From Octopus bimaculoides (Eukaryota), in contig NC_068983.1 of assembly GCF_001194135.2 (NCBI RefSeq), positions 146,025,285 to 146,089,284 on the forward strand: a DNA stretch of 64,000 nucleotides. The letters are read 5' to 3'. Each line of letters opens with the position of its first letter. The first letter of the stretch is position 1. The notes below the pieces were generated by a model, which did not search any database, had not been told where the DNA came from, and worked only from the letters and a program-made list of their open reading frames with translations. Positions 1-14,264 of the stretch are shown one piece after another. A program made the position numbers and the translations under genes.

Positions 1-330
1 TCTCTCAGTCGGTCTCCTGCATATTATAGGCCTTTAATGAGGACTTGACACAGTCCTTAAATTGCAGCCTTAGTTTCTGCCGGGGTCTTTTTCCACTAAC
101 AAGTTCCCCATATAGCATCTGTTTAGCAATCCTGCTATCCTTCATTCTAATAAGGTGTCCAGTCCAACGTAACCGGTGCTTGTGTACTATCGCCTCAATA
201 CTGAAGATATCAGCTTTTCTCAGGACCTGTGTGTCTGGAGTTTTATGGTCCAGCCAACATTCAGAATGTGTCTCACATATCTCTGATGAAAGCGTACAAG
301 GACCTTTTCATGACGTTTTTAAAGGGTCCA
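1..330 (-). mobile_element. RTE-clade LINE, decayed C-terminal part of ORF2
   Basis: Minus-strand translation with stops and a frameshift: WTL*KRHEKVLVRFHQRYVRHILNVGW / DHKTPDTQVLRKADIFSIEAIVHKHRLRWTGHLIRMKDSRIAKQMLYGELVSGKRPRQKLRLQFKDCVKSSLKAY. This matches the post-RT region of RTE elements (RW.GH..RM...R..KQ..YGEL..GKR). Confidence 0.85.
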
Positions 331-381
331 TGTATGTATGTATGTATGTATGTATGTATGTATGCATACACACTCATACAC

Positions 382-690
382 GTGGAGGTACATGGCCTAG
401 TAGTAAGAGCAGCAAACTCGCAGTCGAGGGATCGCGGGTTCGAATCTCAAACCAGGTGATGTGAGTGTTTAAGTGTTTATGAGCGAAAGGCCTAAGCTCC
501 ACGCGGCTCCGGCAGAAGGTAATGGTGAGCTTCTGCTGACTCTTTCGCCACCACTTTCTCTCACTCCTTCTTCTAGCAGCTCACCTGCGATGGACCGGCA
601 TCCCGTCCAGATGGGGAACCTATACGCCAATGGAACCGGGAAACCGAGCCTTTTGAGCCGGACAAGGTTCTTGAAGGAAAAACAACAACA
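382..690 (+). mobile_element. tRNA-derived SINE with Meta/MESC-like central domain
   Basis: A-box TGGCCTAGTAG (~393), B-box GGTTCGAATC (437-446), central CCTGCGATGGACCGGCATCCCGTCCAG...GAAACCG (584 onward) resembling the Meta/MESC SINE domain, and an (AAC)n tail. Confidence 0.75.
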
Positions 691-1048
691 AATATGCACA
701 CAAACATACACTCACACATGTACACGTGCGGACGAGCATGCAGGCACATAATCGCTTGACATGTATAGTATTTCAAGAACCAATTTATTAACTCCAGACG
801 AAAGGAAAACCAAACCAGAATTTCTGGGTACAAGTTGAATGTACTCAATGAGAATCTCTTCTCATATTTCTGTGACGTCACTTTCATGACTTATTATTCA
901 GTATAGGATATCCTTCTAATTACGCAATTTGTAAGACTATACTAGTGTTCCGTGTAGAAGCAGTAATTAGATAGCTTATAATCGAAAATCTGACACACTT
1001 ACAAGACAATGGCGAGTGTGTGTGTGTATGTACATATGCATACATACA

Positions 1049-1080
<32 letters not shown>

Positions 1081-2499
1081 CAAGCATATATATATATATA
1101 TATATATATATATNNNNNNNNNNNNNNNNNNNNNNNNNNNNNNNNNNNNNNNNNNNNNNNNNNNNNNNNNNNNNNNNNNNNNNNNNNNNNNNNNNNNNNN
1201 NNNNNNNNNNNNNNNNNNNNNNNNNNNNNNNNNNNNNNNNNNNNNNNNNNNNNNNNNNNNNNNNNNNNNNNNNNNNNNNNNNNNNNNNNNNNNNNNNNNN
1301 NNNNNNNNNNNNNNNNNNNNNNNNNNNNNNNNNNNNNNNNNNNNNNNNNNNNNNNNNNNNNNNNNNNNNNNNNNNNNNNNNNNNNNNNNNNNNNNNNNNN
1401 NNNNNNNNATATATATAATAAACGCTTGCATATACATATACATCTTTTTTATCTTTTATCTTTTACTTCTATTAGTCATTACACTGAGGCCATTTGCATG
1501 TGTGTGTGTGTGTGTGTGTGTATGCATACATGCATGTATAATTCGTACGTGTCATACAGGATATTTTGATAGGGAAGCCCCACTCTGATTTGTGGTACTT
1601 CTAATGTAAATAGAATATAGATAATCTTTTGATATGATTTCATTTTACTTTGAGTTTAATTCATGCCTCTTAAAACTTGATAAATCTTTCTGTCCCTCTC
1701 CTTCTCCTTCTCTCTCTCATACACACACTTTTTCTCTCTTTTCCATATTATAACTAAATTGATGTACAACTGTTCTCAGTGAAGTAGATACAAAGCCACA
1801 TAGCTTTAATGAAAATTAATTATACATTTGATCTCATTTAATTAGAATAAATTTGCTAACCAGAGTTTTATTAGCTTTCAATTAAAATTACTATCCTAAA
1901 ATGCTTTCAGAAATGTGCATCGAATGACTGTTTGGGTGAAGTTTAAAACAATTTAATTAAGAAATCCGAAATTAGGTCAACAATCCGATATCGAAAAATC
2001 CGTGGGAAGTTTTATGCGGTCGCTTAACTTGCTAGAAATTGCAATCAAATCCTTTCAACTCACGCTCTAAGTCTTCAAATAAAGGGAGAGCACATTGGAT
2101 AATATTTTCCTAAATATACAATGTTCGAATAAAAACTGCGAAGATCAAAGCTGGAACAGTTTTGATAAGTTTACTTATGGCTAAACAGCAACAACATCAA
2201 AAATCTTTTTCCATTTTTTTTCTTTCTGATTTCATTCTCAATTTCTTGTTGATGTTAAATTATGGTTGCACATAAATAGTCAATGATCCTTTTCTTTAGT
2301 TCATTATTAGTTATTGGTTTGCTTTGGTCAAGAGATTAAAGGGCCATGCTGAAACACTCCTTCTGCTAATAACAATTTCATTTCACTTAAGCAGCTGCTG
2401 GTATCTCTCTTCAAAGGCATATTCTTCATACAGACCACTTTCTTTGACCCTGAAAATTCGGTGTCTTTTGCCTAAGTAAGAAATCCTGTGTCGACTAAC

Positions 2500-4170
2500 C
2501 ACCTCACCTCCCTGATACTTTTAATTCTTTCATGCGCAAACAAACGTGGTATTCGAGGTGCGGCCGTACGAAGGAGGAGAAAAGTGGAATGATGACACCT
2601 TGTTCTCTGGACTGGAGGATTCTTAGGCTCGAGGAGCTCATCCTACGAGCTATATCGATCTTGTTGTTTATGTGGGCACTGCAACTGAGATTGCTATCAA
2701 CAATTACTCCTAGGTCTCTGATATTATTAGATGCTATGAGAGGTTCCCATGAAGGAAGTGAGTATGGCTGTTTTAGCATAGTCTTTTTTTCCAAAATGCA
2801 TCAGCCCAAATTTTCTCTCGTTTAGTTGCATTTTATTTTTGTCTGCCCATTGACTCACAGCATGTAGATCAGACTGAAGTTGAGATCGGTCTTCTTCGAT
2901 TATTTTCTAGAGCTTAGAGTCATCAACTAATATTTAATATTTTCACTTTGCTGTGTTTTATGACGCTGGAAAGGTTATTTATATAGATTATAAAGAGGGA
3001 CACCAAAGGTGACTTTTGCTGCGCTTGAGTGGATTCCACCGCTTACAACATGTGTTCTGTTCTCCTGGTAATACTCAATCCAATATAGAAGTTTTCTACG
3101 GATTCCAACATTTGACAATTTTGACAGTAGGATACGCTTTACTGAAGTCAAGATATATGACATCAGAGTTCGAACCTGTTTCCAAGGCTTTAAGGATATC
3201 ATCGATGTAGTGTAAGAGCTGTGTTAGACAGTCGCTGCCGCAGTGAAAGCCATGCTGGTTTGAATTTAGGAGTTTGTGGCTCTCCAGGAAGTCAGCTATT
3301 CTTGATCTCACCACCCTTTCCAACACTTTAATGATATGGGAGGTGAGTGAGATTGGGCGATATTTGACTGTGAGGGATCTGTTTCTCTGTTTGAAAACCA
3401 GGATGGCAGACTGGGATAAGAGCTGTTTCTATATATAACCTGAGTCTTAAGAATTTCTCCAGAGGTTAGTCAGAGGGACTGCAAGTTGGTGTCTACATTC
3501 CTTCAGGAGACTTGCGGGGAATCTATCAGGGCCTACAGCAGAACAGTATTTGATCTCATTTATTGCTGCTATGATGTCTGAAGCAGTAAAGCTTATGTCC
3601 GAGATTATATGTTGGGAGTCGACTTCGTTCACATCCCTTACGTCAATATCAGTGAGATCACTAAAGACAGAGCAAGCATCGTGTTGGATAATGCCGTTAT
3701 CATCGATCACTGGACCAATGGGTGAGACAGCGGTCCTATGCTTATTTGCAAATGAATAGAACACTTTTGGGTTCTGTTTGTTTGATCTTTTTTATTACTC
3801 GCTGTTCCTCAGCAGCTCCTTGATTTTCAATGGAGGTTTACATGTTGGTCTGCAGATGTTTTTCCAACTCCAGCCTTTTCCATTGTTGTTGAACATGGAT
3901 GTTGTATGTGGGAGTATTTTATTTGGTTGATTTTTTTTATTAAGTCTTTTGATGCACCTGATGAGTGTTTTTTTTTTCTCTCTAGGGAGCCTGCTTTTGT
4001 TTGTGCGACATGATTTCGTAGAAGCGTGTTTTGAGCATGTATAGGTGACAATGTCCTCAAAGTGCTGCCATGTGGTTTCAATGGTTTCCACACTGCTGTC
4101 ACCTCTTAAAGTGGTGAGTACAATATCATCTTGAGTACAATACCATCTTGGCATTGTACATCCGACGACA
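2500..4170 (-). mobile_element. CR1/L2-like LINE reverse transcriptase, pseudogenised
   Basis: Minus-strand ORF fragments in RT order: GPDRFPASLLKECRHQLAVPL; LERVVRSRIADFLESHKLLNSNQHGFHCGSDCLTQLLHYIDDILKALETGSNSDVIYLDFSKA; VDDSKL; IRDLGVIVDSNLS...SFVRPHLEY. Multiple stops, frameshifts and an internal deletion. Confidence 0.9.
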
Positions 4171-5367
4171 GCTAAGTGTTTAAACTATAGACATAATGCG
4201 GTGAAAGTGACAGAAGCATACCGACCACCGAACCGTCATCTTGTTCTCAACAACCTTATATTGACGCGGACATGCGTGCTTTCCTTTTTACCGACTTAAC
4301 ATATTTCAATTATGTTTTAAAATATCAACACCGCTTGAATCCCTCACCCCAAATTTATCGATAAACGCTAGTCGAACAACAATAAATCTTCCTATATTTC
4401 ATGAGTAACAACACCAAAAGTAATTTCGTTTTATTCTCACTGAAATGTTAAAGATGATAGGAAATTCTTGGTAGTTTTGAATTAGCTTCGAATACATCTC
4501 AACACGACACTTTCTAACATCTTTACACTTCCATGCCAATTTCTCAATATTTTCACTTCTGAATATTTAGAAATTCAGCTTAGGATTTATAAACATACGA
4601 AAAAAACATCGTCGGTTCCGACCATGAGCATTCAGTTATTCGATCAACTGAAATACATGTTCATTGAATAAGTGTGTTCCCTTAACAGTTAATCCAGCCA
4701 GACACGGGGTTAGAAGTCTGTATAGAGTAAAAGGTGAGTACTCACTTCGGTGACGAATTAGCATGGGATTGCACCTAGAATGTTCCCCTCCGAGGAACAG
4801 GTTTGGGACCTTGCGTATCTTAGATTCTTAGATGTTTTATATGTGTTTGTGGATTCATTATAGCAGACTGATACACATAAACACACACACAGAAAGCTGT
4901 ATATCTTTGAATTATTGACACCACCTATTCGAAAATCTCTAGCGGTACTTCCGTCTAATCAAATTCACTCAAAAAGATTGGGAAATTCGAGGCTATAGTA
5001 AGAAATACTTGTCCAAGATGCTATAAAGTGAAATAACACCCGAGATCTCATGACTGTAAAGCGAACTTAATGCGTCACCATGCCTGAAACTTATTTTTAC
5101 TATTTACAACACCATGGCTGATTAGTTACTACCCTTTTTGTATCATTAGAATAGAAATTTGTCTAAATATGCTGTTGGTAGTGAATACTTGCTACCGATG
5201 ACGCGAAAATACGCAGAAATGACGTGATCTTGCAATTCCACTGCCGCTGCTGGACACTTTTAGTCAGATAGTTTTAATCAGCTAATGATACTTCTGAGCT
5301 TTTTTGCGCTTTGCGTCATACGTGATGCTTTCTTAAGACGAATGTCACAGTAACGTGGCTTTCTGCT

Positions 5368-5446
<79 letters not shown>

Positions 5447-5487
5447 GTGTGTGCGTGTGTGTGTGCGTGTGTGTGTGCGTGCGTGTC

Positions 5488-8470
5488 CTAACAGAATATC
5501 CGACGTTACCCTAGCTGAAAAGTAGCTATCACTGAAAGCATATTCAGTTTAATGCAACACTGTTAAACCTCTCTTGAAAAGTTATCTTTCTTACAAGAAA
5601 CAAAACTGTTTTCCAAGTTGCAATTGTTTAGTGTTTAATGCACTGATTTGCAGACAAGCACTCAGCATCATTTGGATATTTCGTAATTTAATTATGTAAA
5701 TAACATATCTAATTCTTACACTGTTAAATAAATCTGAAAACAGTTTTATTTCATTTGAAGCTATTATCAAAAATTAATATATTGCCTTTTATTCTTGAAA
5801 TTCTTAAATTATTAAAATTATTCGAAAAAATATGCAGAAACAGACAATTGAGAGGTAAACTACTTATAGAGAAAATAAAACTATTCTTTTAACTTGTGGA
5901 AGCCAGAGTACCGAGAAGAAACCCGCACTTCCAAATATTGAAGCAGCAATTCATGTTGTGATAAAGTAAGACTAATTTGATTCGATGAGCTATGGTATTA
6001 AATCCGTGCTCATCATAGATCTGGGGGTTCTGAATATTGTCATGCCATGATATGCAATGCTTTTGGTTTTACCATCAAGGAGATTATGGAAGATTTCAAC
6101 TCTTGAGTTTCCTCGGTAATATTGGCAATTAGCCAGTCCAGCAATTGACAATGAAATTAAGTTTAATATAGCAAAACTTGTGTGTTCTAGTAGCACTCAA
6201 GTTTTGCCATTTCTGCTAAATCGAAAGAGTGGAGTGGAATTCTTGGCGTAATTGAATTCCCTCTTTTGGTGCACCCATTAAAAATATTAGTGTCGATGAC
6301 ATGTATTAGCTTCTGATCCATTTGTCTTGTATCATACTACTGCAACATTGATCTAGATTATACAGCAGCATTACAGGGAATATTTCTTTTTTAACTGAAG
6401 CCTGTATGAGGAGAGACCTGAAAGTTCCAAGGAATCTAAATGCTGCAGGATAGTGAATTATTTCTTTCTGATTTACAGCAGTATCTATTGATTTGTATGT
6501 TTGACTATTTCCTGGATGTTCCTGCATCAGCTGCCAGTTGAAGCCGTTAACCGTTGTTTTACATTCGTACAGCCATTTATGTATTAGCACACCTTCGATA
6601 TCAATTTGTCTGCAATCTGGTTCCATTGTATTGTAACTCCCGGAAAGAAAGCCTCTCTTCCCGACTTGTAACAACGTTTTGACAAAATAATTAGACAGCT
6701 GATCTCATCTTTGTAGTCATTCAAAATTCATTTTCTTTGACTTAAAACTATAAAGTATGGATTTCATCGTCTTTTGTTCCTTCCGGGATCATTGGAGGAT
6801 CTGACAGAATTCACTTAACAACAGCACTACTACTACTCCTATTTGAGATCTATCGTCACACATGTCCCTCAATGACCTCCTCAACGACTCCAGAGCTCTC
6901 TTGCGTGTTTAATCAGGTATGTCTTTCCAGTTCTACGACGATCATCAACGAAGCAAATTTCAGCTTCTTATTACCAGCCCCTATTAAAAAACGGCAGAAT
7001 AGACTTCCTTCTCATCTGCAATCAGTTTGTCATGATATAATGCTTCGTTCAAAATTTACATATGTAATTGGATTGGGGGAGCCTGTATTTTTTAAGTTCT
7101 TGAATATTTATACCATTGAGTATTCCGATGACAGCGGCATTGTAAATTTCCTCTGTATACTCTATTTTCATGTCGGGTTACAACTTACCAAGCTTAATGC
7201 TGAAGATCTTCGACAATTTCATCATGATGTTTGTGCCAAAACTGAAGAGGATTGGGTGGTTCACAACATTTTAACCAATTCTTGGTTGTTTGAGATAGAG
7301 AAGCTTCTGACTATAATGCATCCCACCAGCCATCATTTTTCATCAATTCAAATGTAAAACATATCTCTGTAGGTGGCCAAACTACTCCATTGATTATTCG
7401 AAGATGTTGAAATTAATTTGAACCTTGCACTCTTTGGAGAAATCTTAGAAAGACGTTTTCTCGTTGATAGTCATGTAAAGTATACTGTTTTCCACTAACA
7501 TCGACAAAACTCATGTCACGTTGATCTTCAGCATGACTACATTACTTTCTTCATTTCCATTGCTTATTTATTGTAGGACAGAACTTAATGGTACATCAGT
7601 GTTTGTACATCAAGGAAAAACTTTATGCGTTATACCCCTTGGACTCTGCACTTGCTGTGCCACAATTTGCTTGAGTGAAATAAACCTGCTGAGCAATTTC
7701 CGGATGGACAGAAAACTGTTGAAAACTGGGATATCTTCATCAACAGGTAAAAGGAAGTTTCATTGCTGCTTATACAATGTCTTTGCTAGAATTGGTGACT
7801 TAATCGTCATTGTTTTACTGCATCGCAACAAACATTGCAGCATCAAATCTCTTAGTAACAAGTGTACAGCTATATCTGATGCAAGTTATTGGACTGCAGA
7901 ACTACAAACTGATGTGTGCAATATTTGGTTAGCAGTACACAATCAAGAATTATTGATAACTTTATGATATTTAATAAAGGTTTGAAAGCCTCCTTTCTCT
8001 TGTACTCTTTTTCTGCAGCGATAGCCATCTCAACCTGTTTGGGTTTCCTTGAGAAATGGTCATGTAAGCGTTCTACCTCCTATTCAAATTGAACTCCTGC
8101 TGAAGACAACACAAGAACTGTGAGCCATCTGAATTTAAGGAATACTGAACAATTCGCAAGAAACTGGATGCTGTGTAGACGGAACAAATCTGATTAGAGA
8201 GAATTTTACTTATTTACAAGATCAACGTGTGTGAATGTGGCAAGCCCTCTTTTTCTATGGCTTTAATGATGGAAACATCATTTGCAGCAAAATGCTCATA
8301 ACGAGGAGGATATATTTGATTGTAAGCGTAATTCGAATTCGCATCCTCAAGATTTGTCAATCTATTTCAATAAATTAAAATCAGATGTTATTTCAACAGC
8401 CGATGTACGTAGTAGCATAATAGACAATAGATCTACATTAATCCTGTCTTCTGCTAACTATTACTTTACC
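5488..8470 (-). mobile_element. Helitron relic (Rep/HUH + PIF1-like helicase, with degenerate 3' terminus)
   Basis: Collinear minus-strand motifs: EKEGLPHSHTLI (HUH, ~8230), FLKETQTG*DGY, AHISL*FCS..CIRY..KRFDAAMF, RYP....VH....QVYFT, NPLQFWHKH, FVD...RTGKTYLI (Walker A, ~6900), TYKSIDTAVNQKEIIHYP, PVMLLYNLD, GKTKSIAYH. Positions 5488-5514 read on the minus strand as a decayed hairpin plus (C/T)TAG Helitron end. Confidence 0.88.
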
Positions 8471-8573
8471 ATTTAATTTCTAGGAGGTGAGGGAAAGAGA
8501 AATGGAAGAGAGGTGGAAAAAGTGTCCATAGTAATATATAGTGACAGCGATAAAGAGAAACAGGAGATAGTCC

Positions 8574-8668
8574 TTTCTATTATAGGCACAAGGCCTGAAA
8601 TTTGGGGGTAGGGGACTAGTCGATTACATCAACCCCAGTGTTTCACTGGTACTTATTTTACCGACCCG
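8574..8668 (-). mobile_element. Octopus SINE family A, 3' fragment
   Basis: Matches the tail of the recurrent SINE (ttctattataggcacaaggcctgaaattt...gtcgattacatc..ccccag...actggtacttatttt). Confidence 0.8.
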
Positions 8669-8685
8669 ACGCCCTAGAAACAGAA

Positions 8686-8900
8686 TATAATCTTTTCTAA
8701 TCTAGGCACAAGGCCCGAAATTTGGGGTGGGGAGCCAGTCGATTAGATTGACGCCAGTATGCAACTGGTAATAAATTTATCGACCCCGAAAGGATGAAAG
8801 GCAAAGTCGACCTCGGCGGAATTTGAACTAAGAACGTTGCGACGGGCGAAATACCGCTAAGCATTTTGTCCAGCGTGCTAACGATTCTGCCAGCTCGCCG
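8686..8900 (-). mobile_element. Octopus SINE family A, full length with 14-bp target-site duplication
   Basis: Reverse complement reads GGCGGCGAGCTGGCAGAATCGTTAGCACG...AGTTCAAATTCCGCCGAGGTCGACTTTGCCTTTCATCCTTTCGGGGTCGATAAA. Flanked by the direct repeat CCCTAGAAACAGAA at 8672-8685 and 8901-8914. Confidence 0.9.
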
Positions 8901-9813
8901 CCCTAGAAACAGAAAATAGTGACTAAGGAGTATACATGATAAAAACTTGTATAAAACTTTCTCTTTTCTTGCCTTCCACTTCCTTTGTCATACAAGGAAG
9001 AAGACAAGAAAAGAAAACGTTCATGACAAAGAGAGGGAAGCAGGAGGAAGGAAAAGCACTTGATGAATTCTTATGTGGAGTGAGAGAAGACAAAAAAGAG
9101 AAACAGACAGACAGAGAGAAACATCAGAGATACTGGAGGTAGCAAAATTGGTGCCCCAAATACTTAATGTTTTAAGTCAAAGAAAATTTTACTTAAAATT
9201 ACTGTCATCATGAAGAGAAAATTATTAATTTAATTATTAATTCTAGTCAAGAAGAACAATGAAGATACGTCTGACATTTGAATTAATTAGAATTTAGTAA
9301 AATGCAGGGTAACCCATTGAGATCCTCCGCTGTACAACGAAAACACCATTACGGAGATGTTTCTATGTCATTAGACTTCATCGCAAAGGATAGTATTAAT
9401 GGTACAGCCAAACTTCAGATAAAAGAAAGCTATATTGAGTTTTAATTAATAATATACTCATTGCGTGATATCTTAAATGGGTGACTGGTAGAAAATACCC
9501 AAGGATGCCTGTTTGATGAAATTGATGCCAATATGTTTAATGTAAACCAGAAACTGGAATAGATGCTAACGAACTCCATAAATATACTTAATTAATCGGG
9601 TAATGTTTCGTGAATTAAGTTAAGGAGCGTCGTATTGAATGTTATACGTAAAAGCCTTTTCTTGCATTTCATAAAGCAAGTATGTGTATCTACATGCATA
9701 CATATATAAATATATACATATATACATATATTTGTGCGTGTGGTCCCTTTCTATCATCTGTAATCCCTTTCTATCATCTGCACGTGTGTTTGTATATATA
9801 CATATATATATAT

Positions 9814-10211
9814 AATTGAAAAAATTGGAGGCAACAAGAAGGGATACGGTTGGACATTTATTTTTTAATCATTACAATTGTTTCCACGCAACATAGTTCT
9901 CCAGGTGTGCAGGTACTTGATTATGAGATGTTGTGTTTCCTCAGGTGATATGTAAATATTATCTCTGTAAGTTTAAAATTCTCGGCTTCAAGACCATCCT
10001 CTCTATCTGTCGTGACTTGAATTTAGTTTGTAGTCTCTGAGCTTATCAGCATGTGTTGTTAAACTGCTTTGAATGTGTAGATGCAGCGTGATAGGGATTC
10101 TGCTACGGATATGTGAGCATGTGTGTATATACGTATGTATATGTATATGTAGATGTATATATGTACATATACATATATGTGTGTGTGTGTATGTATGTAT
10201 ATGTGAATGTA

Positions 10212-10304
<93 letters not shown>

Positions 10305-10686
10305 GAGCTTTGAATCTTAAAGGTCAGCTAAGGGCAATCGCATATGAAACGAACCATGAGGAACAAATCAGCAGTACAATGCCAATCCCTTTAAAACAGC
10401 AACCAGTTTAACAGTAGAAGAATCACCATCCCACTACATCTACACATTCTAAATTCAGGCCACGACAGACAGAGAGGATGTTCTTGAAACCGAGGATTTT
10501 AAACTTACGAAGACGATATTTACATATCGCCTGAGGAAACACAACTAGATCTCATAATGCAGAGAGACAGTTGCATAATCAAATACCTGTGTACCTGGAG
10601 AACTACGTTGCGTGAAAACAACTGTAGTGACTAAAAAATAAATGTCCAATTGTACCCCTTCTGTTTCACTCCAATTTTTTCAGTTG
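9814..10686. repeat. Inverted pair of ~220-245-bp repeat copies around a (TG)n spacer
   Basis: 9814-10033 (aattgaaaaaattggag...ggacatttattttttaa...tgtttcctcaggtgatatgtaaat...gaatttag) is the reverse complement, with scattered mismatches and one indel, of 10440-10686. Confidence 0.85.
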
Positions 10687-11763
10687 TCTATTCACACATG
10701 ACAGATGCCAAACGTAAACCTGGAAGTACGTATAATACTACTATTGAATAGCACAAGGTAAATCTGAAAGTGGACTAGCTTTATACTGTACTCTACTATG
10801 TTCTTATAAATTATATATATATGTAAAATAACCGTGAGAGTGCGTATATCTTTCAGTGTATGTGTGTACAGGGATGCGTGTAACAGCGTACGCTTCTGTT
10901 TATCTGTCTGCATATGTCCATCAGTTAATGTGTGCGCACGCTTGTAAATGAGTTCGGAGCAAACTTTCCTTATCATTTAATGTTATAAAGTGGTATGAGG
11001 TAATTGAAAAAAAGTATATCTAATGAACTTTTCATCACTGAACTGGTTTATTACTCTCTGTTATTTTCTTTTAAAGCAGTATTTTCTATTAAAATATTAT
11101 TTTTCTATTAAAATACCTGTTTCAATTTTTTTTAAATGTTGCTTTCGTATTGATTTGTGAACTTTCATGATCTGAGCAGTAAAATAAATTTATGTCTCAT
11201 GAGTTTAAACGTAAAAAAAATATCAAGCATTTATTACTGTCATCAATACTATGACTGTACTACATGAATGTTTTGGGTATGATTTTAAACTGTATACAGT
11301 GCTGGGTCCCTGATTTAGGAGCTCCAGGGTTTTGAGTTATGTGGAACCACCCCTTAACCACTTTTATTCCCAGGTCTATTCTGACCCGGATTAGTAACAC
11401 ATGTGAGGATCCCAGCTATACGCCAACTAGCTTATAGATAGAATTCACCTGTGAATATGAGAATAAACAACCCGGGACCAAATCACGGGTGGCTTCTTGC
11501 CATGTCCTAGCACGCGGTAACCACCTAGCCAGGTTTACATCGAAATCATGGGATGCAGCAGGATGGATGTTATCTATTTCGGCAAATGAACTTATTGAAT
11601 CAATGGCGATTATCACTAGATACTGAGCGGATGAACAGCCAACAGGACTAACCAGTTGAGTTAGCGTACTACTACTATCATCTGTAGTCGTGGCGTGCAC
11701 AGATGAGATTTTTCAGTTTGAGAAAGACCAAATATAACTTATTGGTTCAGGCAAGTCGCCCGA

Positions 11764-11767
<4 letters not shown>

Positions 11768-11810
<43 letters not shown>

Positions 11811-11883
11811 CGATGATGATGATGACGACGATGATGATGATAACGATGATGATGATGACGATGATGATGATGATGGCGATGGC

Positions 11884-11924
<41 letters not shown>

Positions 11925-11965
11925 CGGTGATGACGGTGATGATNNNNNNNNNNGATGGCGATGGC

Positions 11966-12003
<38 letters not shown>

Positions 12004-12085
12004 CGATGATGATGATGACGATAATGACGACGATGATGATGATAACGATGATGATGATGACGATGATGATGATGATGGCGATGGC

Positions 12086-12126
<41 letters not shown>

Positions 12127-12185
12127 CGGTGATGACGGTGATGATGATGACGATGATGATGATGACGACGATGATGATGACGATA
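11768..12185. repeat. (GAT/GAC)n trinucleotide microsatellite, partly duplicated across a 10-N gap
   Basis: Visible directly; source of the spurious poly-M and poly-D ORFs. Confidence 0.95.
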
Positions 12186-13420
12186 TACTACATCAAGCGA
12201 ATCTACTGAACCTGGTTTTTACGAGTTATTTATTCATCGGTGTACCATTGTCAGTTGTATTAATTATAGAAAACATTGTATCCTTTCAAGACGATGTGTG
12301 AAATCACTGGTACATTTTTTTTATTTGTGCATTTAATATTAAAATATTACAACTAATTTGGAAACGTGATAATACATGGCGCCACCAAAATCCTGTTTCA
12401 CTACGATATATAAGTATATATGCAATTTCACCATCTTGTTTTACTTGTAACATATTTTTTACTGGTTCACTCAACTGTTCAATCGTGGATATAAAAATTT
12501 CCTAAAAAGTGATAGTTTACAAAAGTATTGCGATGTTATTTACAAAACATTAAATGTGTATATATGATGAACTTTATTATTGAAGTTATTTTATCGCAAT
12601 ATTCATAGTATCGTTTTCCATCGTTATTTATTAGTTTACTACGATTGCTCTTATTTTTCGTACTGCGTAAACGAATTAATGTTCATACCTCTTACTCCAT
12701 CACACTTTCATTTCACTTCTTTCACTCTCATTATTTCCCTGTTTGTTACTACGAGCTTTGGTGAAAAACAACTTCATCCTTTAGCTAAGTTTCAATTTAC
12801 TTCTATTATCACTCATTCTGTTTGTTTTTTTTCTTCTATTTCTCTATAGACTAACTCCTACGTCCATACTATTTCTTTTGTATGACAGCAAACAAACGCA
12901 CATTGCTAATTATCATATGTCCATCATTTCAATAATTCAGTACAACAGTGGATCATCAGAGTTGTTGCTTGATTATATCCAGTCCAGTGTTTCCTTTTTT
13001 TTTGTTTTAAATTCAGTGATGATGAAGATTAAGAAAACCAACTACTGTTTTCCGTCTTCTATATTACATTAATATAAAGGGATTCAATCGAATGTCCTCC
13101 CACCTCTAGCTATAATATATATACACACACACATAGTAGTGCGAACACGCTATCTTCAAGTTAGCATGTTCTTACGTTGATTTAATATCTTTGTATCATA
13201 TATTCTATAGTGTATATGCATAAGTATGCATATGGCATGCATGTAAGAAGAATGTTGACAAGACGTACAATATGAATGAAGCTCGAACAGCAATAATGGA
13301 AAACGCAATGTAGGGCTATAAGATGAAATTCAATTATGTTAAAAGAACGTGCATTTATAAACCAATGAAAAGTTATTCCCTAATTACTGCCAATAAATAT
13401 TATAATACAATAACTACAAG

Positions 13421-13812
13421 ATGATCCAGATCTTCATCAACAAATGTCTCCGGCAGATCCTCCATCTGAAGTGGTTCGACAGAGTGCCAAACATCGACCT
13501 GTGGTAAAGGGCCAACCAAGAACCCATACATGTTCAGATTAGACGAAGGAAATGGAGATGGATCGGGGGGACACTGTGGAAAGAACCCTCAAATGTGACA
13601 CGACAAGTACTTGACTGGAACCCGCAGGGGAAAAGGAAGCGAGGACGCCCGAAGCAGACATGGAAGCGGGGAATTTTGGACGAGCTCAGGACCACCGGCC
13701 TGACATGGAAAGTAACCAAGAAACACGCGAATGACCGCAAAAAGTGGAAAATAACTGTTGAGGACCTATGCTCCACAAGGGGAAAAAAAGATTAAGAAGT
13801 AGAAGAAGAAGT
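13421..13812 (+). mobile_element. RTE-clade LINE 3' end (5'-truncated)
   Basis: IQIFINKCLRQILHLKWFDRVPNIDLW*RANQEPIHVQIRRRKWRWIG..TRQVLDWNPQGKRKRGRPKQTWKR...LTWKVTKKHANDRKKWK, followed by a (GAA)n-like tail. Confidence 0.9.
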
Positions 13813-14191
13813 ATCAACAACACACTTGCTCCAAGCAACGTAACTGGTCTACAAGATACTGGGTTTTTAATATGAATACCGCGTCTTCAGTTGTAGCTCT
13901 AACGCGGGTGTTTAAAGTTAATAGAAGCCACTGTTTCTATCTGTTGAAATTCGTAAACGAAGCATTCTCTGGTGTATACTGAGATAACATCAAAATTTTT
14001 ATTGCTGTATTGCTTGACTGTAACAATTTAATCTAAGTTTCGTGAGCCATTGCACTCTTCAACGAATATTTCGCCTGAAGTGACTATAATCGCACTGAAA
14101 TACCTGTTTTTAAATATAGGAGTGTGCATGTGTGTGCTTGTGATTATGTATTCATATCTATGTATACACATACACACACATATACACACAC

Positions 14192-14264
<73 letters not shown>

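Noticed and set aside
11768-12301. Poly-Met / poly-Asp ORFs resembling an acidic biomineralisation protein
   Set aside because: Pure (GAT)n microsatellite with a duplicated block around a 10-N gap. No signal peptide or splice context.
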